Shown: in pieces, positions 14,301 to 25,812 of the stretch
How positions within the stretch are numbered: position 1 is the first letter of the stretch
Layout of the letters: every line of letters starts with the position of its first letter
Assembly: GCA_015680685.1 (NCBI GenBank)
Contig: MNCI01002706.1
Span: 1,020,758 to 1,084,757 of the forward strand
Direction of reading: 5' to 3'
Length of the DNA: 64,000 nt
DNA from: Gnetum montanum
Lineage: Eukaryota > Plantae > Gnetophyta
The notes under the pieces: generated by a model
Seen by the model: the letters and a program-made list of their open reading frames with translations, nothing else
What the model was told of the DNA's origin: nothing
Database searches by the model: none
Translations under genes and position numbers: made by a program

Positions 14301-14778
14301 TGCTCAATAGTGCTGAGTGTAGCCAGGTGTGAGCATAGTTTCCAGAGTTAGAAAAATTCTTAATTTTTCTGGTAGTCTCTGGACATTGAAAAATTTTAAA
14401 TTTTTCTCATCACTCAATTGGTGCCTAGGCCAATTTTACTTTTTCAATGCACCCAGCCTTGCCTTGATGATGCATTTAGTGCATTTCACCCATCTTCTAT
14501 GATGTTAAGCTGACATCCACCCATTCGCTATGACATTAAACTAGCATTTCACCTATCTGCTACGACGTTAAACTGGCATGTCATGGTCCATTAAGACCTT
14601 AAATTGGCAACCCACCCCATGGCCTACCAAGGCTCAAAAATGGCCCACGCAACCCTTGCTTTTACAATCACATTTACATACTTAGGTAGAATTTTATCAC
14701 ATTTTTTTCATTAACTCCGCATATTGCTCTCATTAAAAAAAGATGTGACTTGACATTTTTTTGGTTTTTTTTTTGCAA
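8371..14778 (+). other. Putative large intron separating protease from RT (Ogre-type intron position)
   Basis: AAG|GTATCC at 8370/8371 ends the PR frame at phase 0 and is followed by T-rich sequence. Branch-like cttgac ~14749, polypyrimidine tract, then TGCAA|GAT (ancestral TGCAG) at 14778/14779, also phase 0 with the pre-RT frame. Confidence 0.6.
8980..14262 (-). pseudogene. Antisense multi-exon accessory gene inside element T (Transposase_32/plant-mobile-domain-like region plus helical C-terminus), decayed
   Basis: Minus-strand T-rich introns at 9084-9183, 9984-10069 (GTATGC), 10208-10308 (GTAAGT), 10531-10636 (GTTAGT), 11699-11792 (GTAAAC), ~12057-12151 (GTAAGT); further donors at 12635 and 14044; TATATAA ~14256-14262. 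Exon 10637-11698 reads ...LVLNDAFFVDLFGLPFEG...EEGTRFN*ASFLII. Confidence 0.7.
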
Positions 14779-17700
14779 GATTATTGCAAGATTCACAACA
14801 TGACTACATATGAGCATTTTCATTCACCTCTAGTCCTCACTGGACCACACAATGATCTTACCCAATGCATCAATCTTCAATGCCTAAACCTTGAGCCCAT
14901 ATCCTACCATGCATACATAACATCTATAGAGGCACCACTAGACTAGCAGACCATCTAGTTAAGGCTCTAGATCTATAGGTACGTGATGTCACCAAGGATC
15001 CACCTGTTGAAGTCCCTATAGAACCATCTAGTAGCAAGGTGAAAACATTGAAACTTAGTTTTTTGTTAGATCGTCAACATGCCCAAAACATTGCAAAAGT
15101 ACTTAGCCACAACATCAAGGCATTCGTGTGGTCTTACAAAGACATGCCAAGCCTAGATCCTCATGTAGTGCAACAAAACATAATCCTCGATTCCAACATG
15201 AAACCAATCAAGCAGAAAGCCCACAAGGTTAGGCCTAAGGTGGCATTGGTAGTTCATGATGAAATCACCAAGCTCTATAAAGCTAGTTTCATCTGGGTCG
15301 TTGATTATGCAAACTGGATCTCCAACATCATTGTTGTCCCAAAGAAAAATGGAAGTATACACATCTACATAGACTTCTAGGACCTAAAAAAGGAAACCAT
15401 TAAAGATGATTTTCTGTTGCCTAGTATTGACCAATTCATTGATACTATGGCCGGTTATGCCTTGTTGTCCTTCATGGATGGGTTCTCAGGGTACAACTAG
15501 ATTCAAATCAACCTAGAGCACTAGCTCAATACTACCTTCATGATTCCTTGGGGTATGTTTAGCTACACCATGATGCCCTTTGGAGTTAAGAATGCAGGAG
15601 CAACTTATCAACAAGCTATGATGTACATCTTTAGCGATTACCTATTAGGTCTACTCAATGATTACATTGATGATATAGCAGTCAAATCTAGGGCATCACA
15701 CAATCATGCAGATGACTTAGACCTCATGCTCAAACGCTGCCTGAAGCATGAACTTAGGCTAAATCCTAAGAAATGTGTCTTTGGCATCAAGATGGGTTGC
15801 ATGCTAGGTTTTGTAGTATTTAAAGTAAGCATACAAGTAGACCCCAATAAGGTTAAGGCCATTATCAACTTAGCACCACTAGTTAACCTTAAGGAGCTAT
15901 GAGGATTAAGAGGAAAATTCTAATTCATACAATGGTTTATCGCATGGTTGATAAACAAGTTGCAGCCCATACAACATTTTCTCAAAAAGGGAGTTCACTT
16001 TGAGTGGATAGCTCAATGCCAAGTGGCATTTTACAACCTTAAATAGGAGCTGGCTCAACTTCCAACAATCTACCCTCTGTAAGGAGATAAACCATTCTAC
16101 ATCTACCTTGCTACCTTAGATGTGTTCATCGCTACTCTACTTTGTCAAAAGTAGGCCGATGGTACTGATGTCCCCATATACTACATAGGCCATGCATTAG
16201 TAGCCTACGAAGTAAAGTACAATGATGTAGAAAAGACTTGACTCACCTTAGTCTTCGCACTTAAGAAGTGGAGGCATTATCTTTTCCTCAGCCAAGTCAA
16301 CATCATCTACAAAAGTAACGTACTCCGAGCTATAATAATGAATATCTATGAGAATAGTCGCATTGCACATTGGAAAGAAATAACTACAAAGTTTAACTTG
16401 CATTACATTGTGTAAGCATTAACAAAAGGTCAGGCAATAGCCATACAACCTATGGCTTTCCCAATCAACGACCAAGCAACAATAGATCCAAAATTTCTGG
16501 ATGAGCATGTGACTAGTATAAGCCAAGTGCCTGACAACTTCAAGGCACTCTTACACTTCAATGGTGCTTCAACCTTCTAAGGAGGTAGTGCTGCTACCGT
16601 AATCACATTCCCCTCCAAGGAAATCTGACCCTTTGCATATCGCTTTGCATTTCCATGCACTAACAATGTGGCAAAGTACAAAGGTCTCCTCTGGGGCATC
16701 TTAGTAGCTCGCAACCTAGGAATCCAAAACCTAGCAGTCTAAGGTGACTTGTAACTAGTCATCAACCAAGTCACAGAGGTTTATGCTTGTAAAGCCCAAC
16801 ACTTTATGCTTTATTGTGACTTGGCAAAGCACTTGCTGAAGCAATTTGCAACTACTGATGTCTAGCATATGCCTTGCAAAAAAAAGTCCATAGTTGATGC
16901 ATTAGCTATGTTAACCTTAAGCATTGCACTTGAAATGTTTCACACATTGCCCACTATGGTGGCAAATTGCACTTTGCCTATCACACAAAAAATTGACATT
17001 ACACCTATAGCCACAATAAGCACAACCCATGCAATAGAGTGGTATGATGACATCAAGTCATACCTTCTACAAGGTGAATGTTCACAACATCTAACCACTG
17101 CCCAAAAGGATGTAGTGCAAAAGAAATCGTAGTAGTACATCATCATGGGTGATAGTACACAATGTCGCCGATCCTATGATGGCATACTACTAACATGCAT
17201 TAGGAATGACAAAGTGCAGACAATTTTTGAACAAGTCCATGAGGGACTCTGTGGAGGTCACATAGCACCCACGGCAATGATAGCAAAAATCAAACACTTA
17301 GGCTACTATTGGCCTTACATGGATCATGATTGTGTCTCCAAGGCCAAGATGTGTGACACATGTCAATGACATGGTAACTTAATGCACATGCCACCTATTG
17401 AACTACATACAACATAGATCACATGGCTATTACAACATTGAGGGGTTGGACATCATATGACCAATAACACCTACATCCTCTACAAGCCATAGCTTCATTA
17501 TAACTACCACTAAGTACTTTATGAAGTGGGTATTTTTCTTAGGAAGACTACATCACAACAGGTTTGCAAATTCATACTTGATAACATAGTATCCCATTTT
17601 GGTTTACCCATAACCATAGTCACAAGCAATAGGCCATAGTTTAGTAGTGTTGATACCAAAGCCTTTTGCAAGTGCCTCAAAATCAAACATTCCTTTTTTT

Positions 17701-18267
17701 TCACCTTACTATCCACAAGAAAATGACTAGGTGGAGGCCACAAACAAGGTCATCATCAATCTTTTAAAGAAAATGCCTCACAGTAGCAAATGGTGATGGC
17801 ATGAGCAACTAATCTATACACTCTGGGCCTACTACACGACATGAAGAACTACAATAGGTAAGATGCCATGCAATTTGATTTATGGGTTTGAAGCCATGAC
17901 AAGAATTGCAGGTCCTATTGCTTCATGTAATCCTTTCAAGCTTCATTGATGATGTTTAAAATGATGAGTTCAAAACCATAGACCTTAACTCAATAGAGGA
18001 GTGCATGTAGACACTTGGTCAAATTGAGTGGTACCAACAAATGCAATGGCAAAAGCACCATCATAGTCAACATCAACGCTTGATCAAGGAGGGTGACCTA
18101 GTTCTCAAGGCTATTTGCAAACCCACAGATTAATTCTCAGCCAACTAGGAAGGGCCTTTGTTGCTCATCAAGGCCTATGGCAATAAAGCATTCAAGTTGT
18201 TGACCATGATGGCAATGAATTCTCCAATCCGGTGAACCACTCGTACCTAAAGCTGTATTATGCCTAG
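14779..18267 (+). pseudogene. Degenerate pol of element T: RT, RNase H, archaeal-type RNase H, integrase
   Basis: FVWSYKDMPSLDP, WISNIIVVPKKNGSIHIYIDF, MMPFGVKNAGATYQQAM, DYIDDI. aRH at ~16550-16900 (HFNGAS..GGSAATVI...FPCTNNVAKYKGLL...GDL*LVINQV). Integrase zinc finger (VHEGLCGGH...GYYWP...CDTCQ), ending LKLYYA*. Confidence 0.92.
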
Positions 18268-18309
18268 TACGTAATGCCTCATTAATGATAAAGTAAGGTA
18301 AATAGTAGT

Positions 18310-18562
18310 CCACTATGACTATAAACTAACACAAAGAGTTCATTATGACTATAAACTAGCACAAATAGTCCTTGGGCCATGACACTAAAATTGGCACCCA
18401 TAGCATTCATCCACCACGACGCTTAAACTAGCATAGCTCATCCTTGCATCATGATGTTAAACTAGCACAACATCCACCATTTTCTATGACATTAAATTAG
18501 CACCCAACAATCTGCTAGGACTATAAAGTAGCATATTGCAGTCTACCAGGACCTTAAATTGG
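18310..18562 (+). repeat. Degenerate tandem array (~30-37 bp units, core ATGAC(A/G)TTAAACTAGCA) after integrase
   Basis: About 7 units such as ctatgactataaactaacac, ttatgactataaactagcac, atgatgttaaactagcac and ctatgacattaaattagcac. Related arrays at ~8620-8825 and ~14497-14610. Confidence 0.75.
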
Positions 18563-20071
18563 GTTTGTAGTTCAACACTCATAGTTCTATGGACAAGTGA
18601 GCATGAATACTTCCAATCCTCCATCATCTATCCACACCTCATGGGTAGGGCAAGGCGGGGTGTTGCAGTTCTAGAATAGAGTTCATGTCATCAAGAGAGG
18701 CCTCTGGAACATTTGTAGTGTTACCACCCTTGGCATTTTTCTAATCCTTTGGAAATGCCTTTCGGCATTTTTTTGACCATCCAGAGCTCCTGCCATGATC
18801 ACTAACAATACCAACCCTAGGCGACACTTATAGCATTACCAACCTTAGGTATTTCATTATTGGTTGGAGCTCTCACAATCAAGCCAACTCTTTGGAGTAG
18901 TGGTACCATTAGGGCCCTGGCCATCTCGCATACTCTATCAGGATCTTGCCATTGCTTGAGTACTTGCCTTTAGTGTGGTTGCTAGAGCTTTTGCAACTCT
19001 CTTGCTCTAACACCTACACTAGTTTTCCTACATTGGCGCTGCAAGCTCTTGTAACTAGTCTAGCACTTGTGGAACTTGTAACATCCTCACAACTAGTAAT
19101 TTTCTCTCATCTCATATTGTGTGGTTGTTTTGCCTCTTTTCTTAGTGTTTTATTTGTAGGACGAAGCCCCATAGGTAGTTGTGCATAAATGCATCTCATC
19201 ATAATGGTAAGACATCACATTACTTCAATGTGCATGATTAGGCTAGCTGAACCACTCAAGAGTGCAAATCCCTATTACTCCCCCTATCACTTACTTGCAT
19301 TTATCTATTGCATTTCCTTGTTTTCCCCTACATCACTAAGTTTGCAACCCCTCCAATGCACATGACACCCTCTTTACGTCAACCAGACATAACACAACTT
19401 GTTCTATGGGGAGCTTCTATAGGCTAGTCAAAGCCCAAGAAGATGTAACATGACTCATCTTGAGGAGGAAACACCTATCCTACAGATGCAACACGGTTGC
19501 ACTAAAGCAAGGCCCGTTAGGTGGCATGCAGCCCACTTGATGAAAAGCATCCCACGAGTAGCATCTCACAATAGGCAAAACCTAGAGCAAGTTAGCCTCA
19601 TAGTTAAAAATAAATAAAAATAAGGTAAAACAAGTAACCAAGCATAATTATCAGGGCTATAGTTTCGCAACTGGTCCAACCCTCAATCTGCATTGATCTT
19701 CTCATAAGCACTCAAATGAGAGGTGACAATTTTAGGAACAAACTTTTCTAGTGCCATGGATGCTAACTCTCTCAAAAGCACTCTAACAAGAGGTTACTAT
19801 TTTGACAATGAGCTACCTTGGTGCCACAATCCCTGTCAGCCATGTTGACTTCACATCTTGCAATGGCATGCATTGTTTGCATCTCATTTCCTTGTCACCT
19901 CTTAGTATACTTCCTTCATCCTTTATCCCCAGCATACCATTACACTTAGCACTCTTTAGCATGATGAAGTGACACTTAGTTAGGTACTAACAAGTGATGT
20001 TGGTGTTGGACCTATCATGGTGTTTTGTGTTCTTTGTCGATGTCTCTTGGGCCACTCCTCCAGACATCCAC

Positions 20072-20084
20072 AAAGAGGGGCCAA
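20072..20084 (+). promoter_or_regulatory. Polypurine tract of element T
   Basis: aaagaggggccaa immediately before the TG of the 3' LTR. Confidence 0.85.
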
Positions 20085-21766
20085 TGAAACACCACCAAAT
20101 TCAAGCTCTTGGGTCTCAACTGAAAATTTAACTAAATGTCAAAAATTGGCAAATTTGTTCTAAGTGTTGAGACAACGCTCCTACTACTAGGACTACACTC
20201 CAAAGCGTAGTTAGCATAGTTGATACTAATAGTCCAAATTTGCAAAATTTTTCTAAGTGTCAATAGTAGCTGCAAATATTTTTAAGTGTTTTGGCTATGC
20301 TCACCCTACTAGGACTACACTCTAGAGCATAGCTAGCGTAGTCAGCCTTGGAATGACTTATTTTGTAGGTTTGCCTAAGTTTCATGTTAAAGGCTATTGA
20401 GCATGTATTAGATGAAAAAAATAGTTTGGTAGATTTTCTAACTCTCGAGCCTACGCTCCCTACTATGCTCTAGAGCATAGTTAGCATAGTCTACATGGGC
20501 ACATCATCTTTGCTAGATTTTTTCCCAAGTGTCAAAGCTATGCTCACACCTTTGAGACTATGCTCTAGAGTGTAGCTAGCATAGCATGCATAAAGCATCA
20601 TTTTCTAGCAAGATTTTCCTAACTCCTTGGGCTACACTCCGAAGCATAGTCAATGTAGTCTGCTGAAACTACCTTCAAAAGCTTCCAAAATTTAGCATTG
20701 GCTTACATCTCAACTCCAACATTCCTTCAACAAGCAAGATCAGCAATTTGCATTTCATTTGCATCCCCTTGTTTGCCCCTAAATTGTACCCATGCTCGAC
20801 ACCACTTAAGAGAGTCGGCAGTGTAGTCCTAGAGCATAGTCTCCAAATTACACTATTTTGCATTATTGTCAGGAACATTGCAATCTGTTCGGCACTCACA
20901 CATGCAGTCTTAGCAGTGTAGTCATAGTTTGGCAGTCTCATAGGGCCCATTGGAGTGCACCAGCAGAACACCACTTTACTTGAGTAGGAGCATAGTTAGG
21001 GGCTAGCATAGTCCCAACTACCCCTCTACCACATGGTGCCCAATCTGCGACTCATGGTAACCCTAACCTTATAAACGTCCATGTACTTCATGTTTTAGGG
21101 GTTTGCATTTTTATTCAAAAATTGGCATTTTGGCATTGACACTCTTACATCCAAGCATCCTTAGCAACTTGACAAAATCTAGAACACCACCATGACACCA
21201 TTGTACACTGCCCAACACACCATACACCACCACAACTTATGGGACACCACGACAGCTAACTCAATAGGCTTAGACTCCACAGTGGACATTAGTTCTTCAT
21301 AGCTAGACATCCTTAGACTATGACTACACTCACCTACTATGCCTGTTGTACACTGTGTACCTCCTAAACTTTCCTTTGTAATTGACTACACTCCCTTGTT
21401 TGGAGTAGTGCTTTTCTCTCTTGCTCACAGTCTATGCACTTTTCACATTTTTTTTCTTAGATTTTTAGCATTTTACTCACATTTTACACTATTTAAGCAC
21501 ATATTCGCACATTCGCACCTTTGTTCTCACGTTTGAAATCCCTGCTACACTCACATCCACAGACACTGCGAACATTGCAAAACACCCCATCCCCTTTAAC
21601 ACTCATTTTGTCGTAACACCCATAACTCCTAGTTCAATTGACAAGACTGTTTTGGGCATCCCACTTCCATTTTCTTGTAGACCCTTATGCGAGAGCTGGG
21701 TCAAGACTGTGTGACCATAGACCTCTCGATGTCCCATTCTAGCCTTCAACATTTTTGGTTGCTACA
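20085..21766 (+). repeat. 3' LTR of element T
   Basis: TG...CA termini, colinear with 2538-4195, followed by TSD ATTCC. Confidence 0.95.
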
Positions 21767-21771
21767 ATTCC

Positions 21772-23670
21772 CTAGACATACTAGCTACTACCAACAATTC
21801 ATACAGAATTTCTCTAAGATCGTGAAACCATTGGTCAAGCTAATAAAGAAAGATGCTTTGTTCATATAGACTAAGAAATGAAAAAAAAAACATTCCAATA
21901 GCTTAAGCAGAAGCTTGTAGAAACTCTAATTCTATGAGCACCTGATTGGTCTCATCCATTTCATATCATGATAGATACATCAAACTATGCCTTGGGAGTT
22001 GTGCTTACATAGTTGGATGATCATAAACATCCTTATTATATCCATTGTGCAAGCTAAAGCATTGTGGATTCATAGCTTAACTACACCACAATAAAAAAAG
22101 AGCTAATGATGTTGGTGTATGCTTTGGAGAAATTTAGGCACAATGTGCTTGTATACAAAGTGTTTATGCACACTGACCATAGTGCCATTCACTTCCTTAT
22201 GAATAAGCTGACAATGAGCTCCAATGTCATACGATGGCTGGTGATCTTGTAGGATTTTGATCTTACAATGGTAAATCAAAAAGGGATTGAGAATGTGGTC
22301 GCTGAACACTTGTCTCAACTACGAAGGGACAACAAAGAGGAGGAGAGCTTACTCTCTAATCAATTTCCTGATGAACTCCTCTTTGCTGGTGTAATAAATA
22401 AACAAGTACCTAATGAACCTACATGGTATAATGGCATCCTTATTTATCTTTTCACTTAGAAGATGCCATAAGACTTAGACCATCAGAAGCAACAATAGTT
22501 TCTTCATTTGGCCAAACACTTCATGGAAATCAATAGACACCTTTACAAGGTGTGCACCGATGGCCTAGTGCATTGGTATTTCTTTGATGTTGATCAACTA
22601 CATGTTTTCCAAGATGCTCACAAGATTCCTTGTTGGGACCACTATGTAGAGAGACACACGATCATTAAAATCTTGATGGTATGGTATTACTAGCCAACAA
22701 TCTTTAGGGATTCTTAGCAATTAATCTGCTCTTGTGAACATTGTCAACAAGACAGTGGAATGACTTTTGAAATGGAGGGGCCTCAACAGCGGATTCAACC
22801 ACTAGAACCCTTTAACATTTGGGGCATAGACTTCATGGGTCCCATCATGCCCATGTCAAATGGAAAGGCGTATGTAATAGTTGTTGTTGACTATTGTACT
22901 AAATGGGTAGAAGTAGCAGTCATCATCAACTCTACATCATCTACTACTACATGGTTTGTACAAAAGAATTAAAAAAGTTTGGGGTGCCACATGCATTGAT
23001 TTTTTTACAACGGTACTCATTTTTCAGGTGCTACTTTTCATAAGCTCATGTAATTCCTGGGGGTTGAACATAAACCAACAACACCACCCCCAAGCCAATG
23101 GTCAAGCAAAGGTTACCAATAGGGAGATCAGCAAGATCTTAACTAGAATAATTAACAAGTATAGGAGGGACTAGAGCACAAAACTCAATGATGCCCTTTG
23201 GACCTACCATTACACATGAAAGCTTCCTATAGGATACTCTTCCTATGAGCTACCGTATGGGAAATTACCGACTCTTTCAATTTAATCTAAGCTCTGTACA
23301 CTTTCAACAACCTATGACCTTGATCTTGACCTTAGCCTAGTACAAAAAGAAAGATTAATCAACCTTAATGTACTAGATGAGAATTAATTGGTAGCCTTGT
23401 CCTTGAATGAAGTGCACAAATCATTTAAAAAAAAGTGTCATGACCTTAGAATAAGGAAAGTCAAATTTTAATTTGATGACAAGGTCCTTTATTGGAACCC
23501 CACACACATACCTTAAAAAACTAAGTTTCAAACATTGTGGGATGGACCTTATATCATCTATGAAATCTTTCCTTCTTAGGCCATGTTGATCTACAAACCT
23601 AAGAGCCCAAACAAGAAATAATTGGTCAACATGTAATAATTCAAACCTTTCCATGAGCCTAAGTAAGCTA
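21772..23670 (+). pseudogene. Degenerate RT end, RNase H and integrase of element A
   Basis: HTSYYQQFIQNFSKIVKPL; DTSNYALGVVL; ENVVAEHLSQL; EPFNIWGIDFMGP; VVVDYCTKWVEV; HPQANGQAKVTNREISKIL. Confidence 0.9.
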
Positions 23671-25812
23671 GTGCAAGCAACACCTCAATGGATGGACAAC
23701 CACACTCAATTTTTCGAATCTCATTTATTCAACTTAGTTGTGGGGGAGATGGCCATCCATGCTAACCATATTAATGGCTCCTCATTTTTTCTACTTTTTT
23801 GTTTTACACTTTTTTTATTTTACACTTTCTTTGTTTCTACACCTTTTTGTTTCACACTTTATTAATTTTCCAATTTTTTATTTTACAACATTGTCAATAT
23901 GTTTTATCTTTCTTGAATATTTTCCAGTTTCTTTATATTTTACTTTCTTTTTGTGTGAATTCTTACTGCTTTCTAATAAAATGCTTTGTTGCCAATAGGA
24001 CACAATGATGTTGTAGTTGTTTGCTAATGGTGGTTTATACTTAATGTTTTTGATTGCTAATGTCTCATTTCTATTTTTAAATTTTGATGACTAATACCTA
24101 AGACTAAGTCTCTTTTTCATGGAATAGGTAGTGAGTCCATGTCATCCACCTAGCCACCAACTCTATGTTCTTCCTAGTTTTGGAAGTATGAGGTTCCTTT
24201 TTCATTAATAAAACTTTCCAAACTTATGACCTTGGTAGTTTCCAAACTTTGGAAAGATTCAAACGTTTGAAAAGTATGTGACTTCAAGGGAATTCAATAC
24301 TCTTTGTGCCTTTCTACTTATTTGAGTGCAATTATGTTTTCATGGATTTCTTACCATTCCATGTTGACCAATAATAGGAAGTTAATAAGTCTTTGCATGG
24401 TGTGGTTCCTATTAAAAAATCCATAAAAACATAAAATTCAAAAAAAAAAGATTATGTAAATTCAAAGCACATCCCTTTGACAAAATAATGAGCTACAAGC
24501 ATTGGTTATGGGACTAAAAAGACATGTTGCCCATGCCTGAAGGTCCCCTCTAACTAAGGCCCTTTCTCACTTCCTACTTCTCTTTTCTTCTCAAATAAGG
24601 AATGGTGTTTGATTTGTGGGATCATTCTTGTATCTCAAATAGGTGGTCTAGTCTTCAAGTAATAATGCAAAGTCACTAAAAGTGGTTGACTTTAATCTAA
24701 ACTAAGGATGGACTTTATCAGGTCATTTAACCATAGAATCCATAAGGAACTTCATGTGACCACGATTAGGAATTCCATTCCATTTTCTCTCTCATCCATC
24801 ATGCTTTCCATAACTCACCTCACTACTGATTATCCATGTTCTTGTTCAATGTATTAGTTTGAAGGGTCTCAATTCTTAGGTAGGTTCTTCCAAATTTGGT
24901 CCTTATCTTTTCATAACCATTAATCAATTGTGGGATCCATGGACTTCTTAGTTGAGGTTATGCAAGGGTAAAAAGGGCATGGGCCTACTATGGTAAGGAC
25001 CCACTTCAATATCTCTTGGTTGGATTAGTTAAGTTCCTTATTCTTAGACATTTTAGTGATCAAATATTTCATGCACCCCATCAATGCATCCAACTATGCA
25101 CTCCTTAAGGAATTTTTCTCCAAAATTTCATTCTCCAAATCAACTTTGCTAATTTTGTGAACTTCAAATCCCTCTTGTAATGTTTTCATCATGTTCATGG
25201 CTTTTCTAAGTCTCCAAAAACATCAATTTCATGATTAAACCCTTTCCATTTTTCATATTTTTCAAAATGAAATATTTTGGACATAGGCTCCATAGATGAG
25301 TACTTGTTGACAAAGCCATGCGTAAATGGAACCCCATATATAGGATCCCATCAACACAGGGGTTCAACCACCTATATATAGGCAACCACACTTAGCAATT
25401 TTCACATTTGCTTTAAAACAAGGGGATATTTTTTCAATTTTTCAAAGCCTAGAACCTTCCAAGAGCCATATCTTCCTAATTGTTTATCCAATTCACTTAG
25501 TTCTTCAACACTGTAGCTAGTAGAGGTAAGCTCTTTGTCATGGAGGCTACAAACCTTAAGTTTTTAATAAACTTTTTTTTGGAAAAATGTCTAACTCCCA
25601 CAAGGTTTAACTAAAAATCAATATTAAAACATCAAATTATATAAGTTAAACCTTTCCAACAAGCATCATTGACATTCTAAGTGAAATAATAATAAAATAA
25701 TCAATCTACCATGGTCAAAACTTAGCCTAAGTGTAACTGCCCAATGAGAAAGGTACTTAAATGTTATAAGTTACACAATGCATGCTAATCACTAGTTATG
25801 TTTTGACCACAT

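Larger units (their letters stand above)
2538..21766 (+). mobile_element. Complete Tat/Ogre-type Ty3/gypsy LTR retrotransposon, ~19.2 kb, with archaeal-type RNase H (element T)
   Basis: Two ~1.67-kb LTRs and a perfect 5-bp TSD ATTCC (2533-2537, 21767-21771). Removing the element rejoins the host RT motif (F-L-G-H-like, now FPRH). tRNA-Asn PBS, PPT, and domain order gag-PR-[spacer]-RT-RH-aRH-INT. Confidence 0.95.

Noticed and set aside
18310-18562. Repeat-spacer-like array resembling CRISPR
   Set aside because: Units are degenerate tandem repeats inside a plant retrotransposon, with no identical repeats and no cas genes.
23653-24008. Hydrophobic Phe/Leu-rich ORFs resembling membrane or env proteins
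   Set aside because: They arise from T-rich non-coding sequence after integrase and appear in all three frames.
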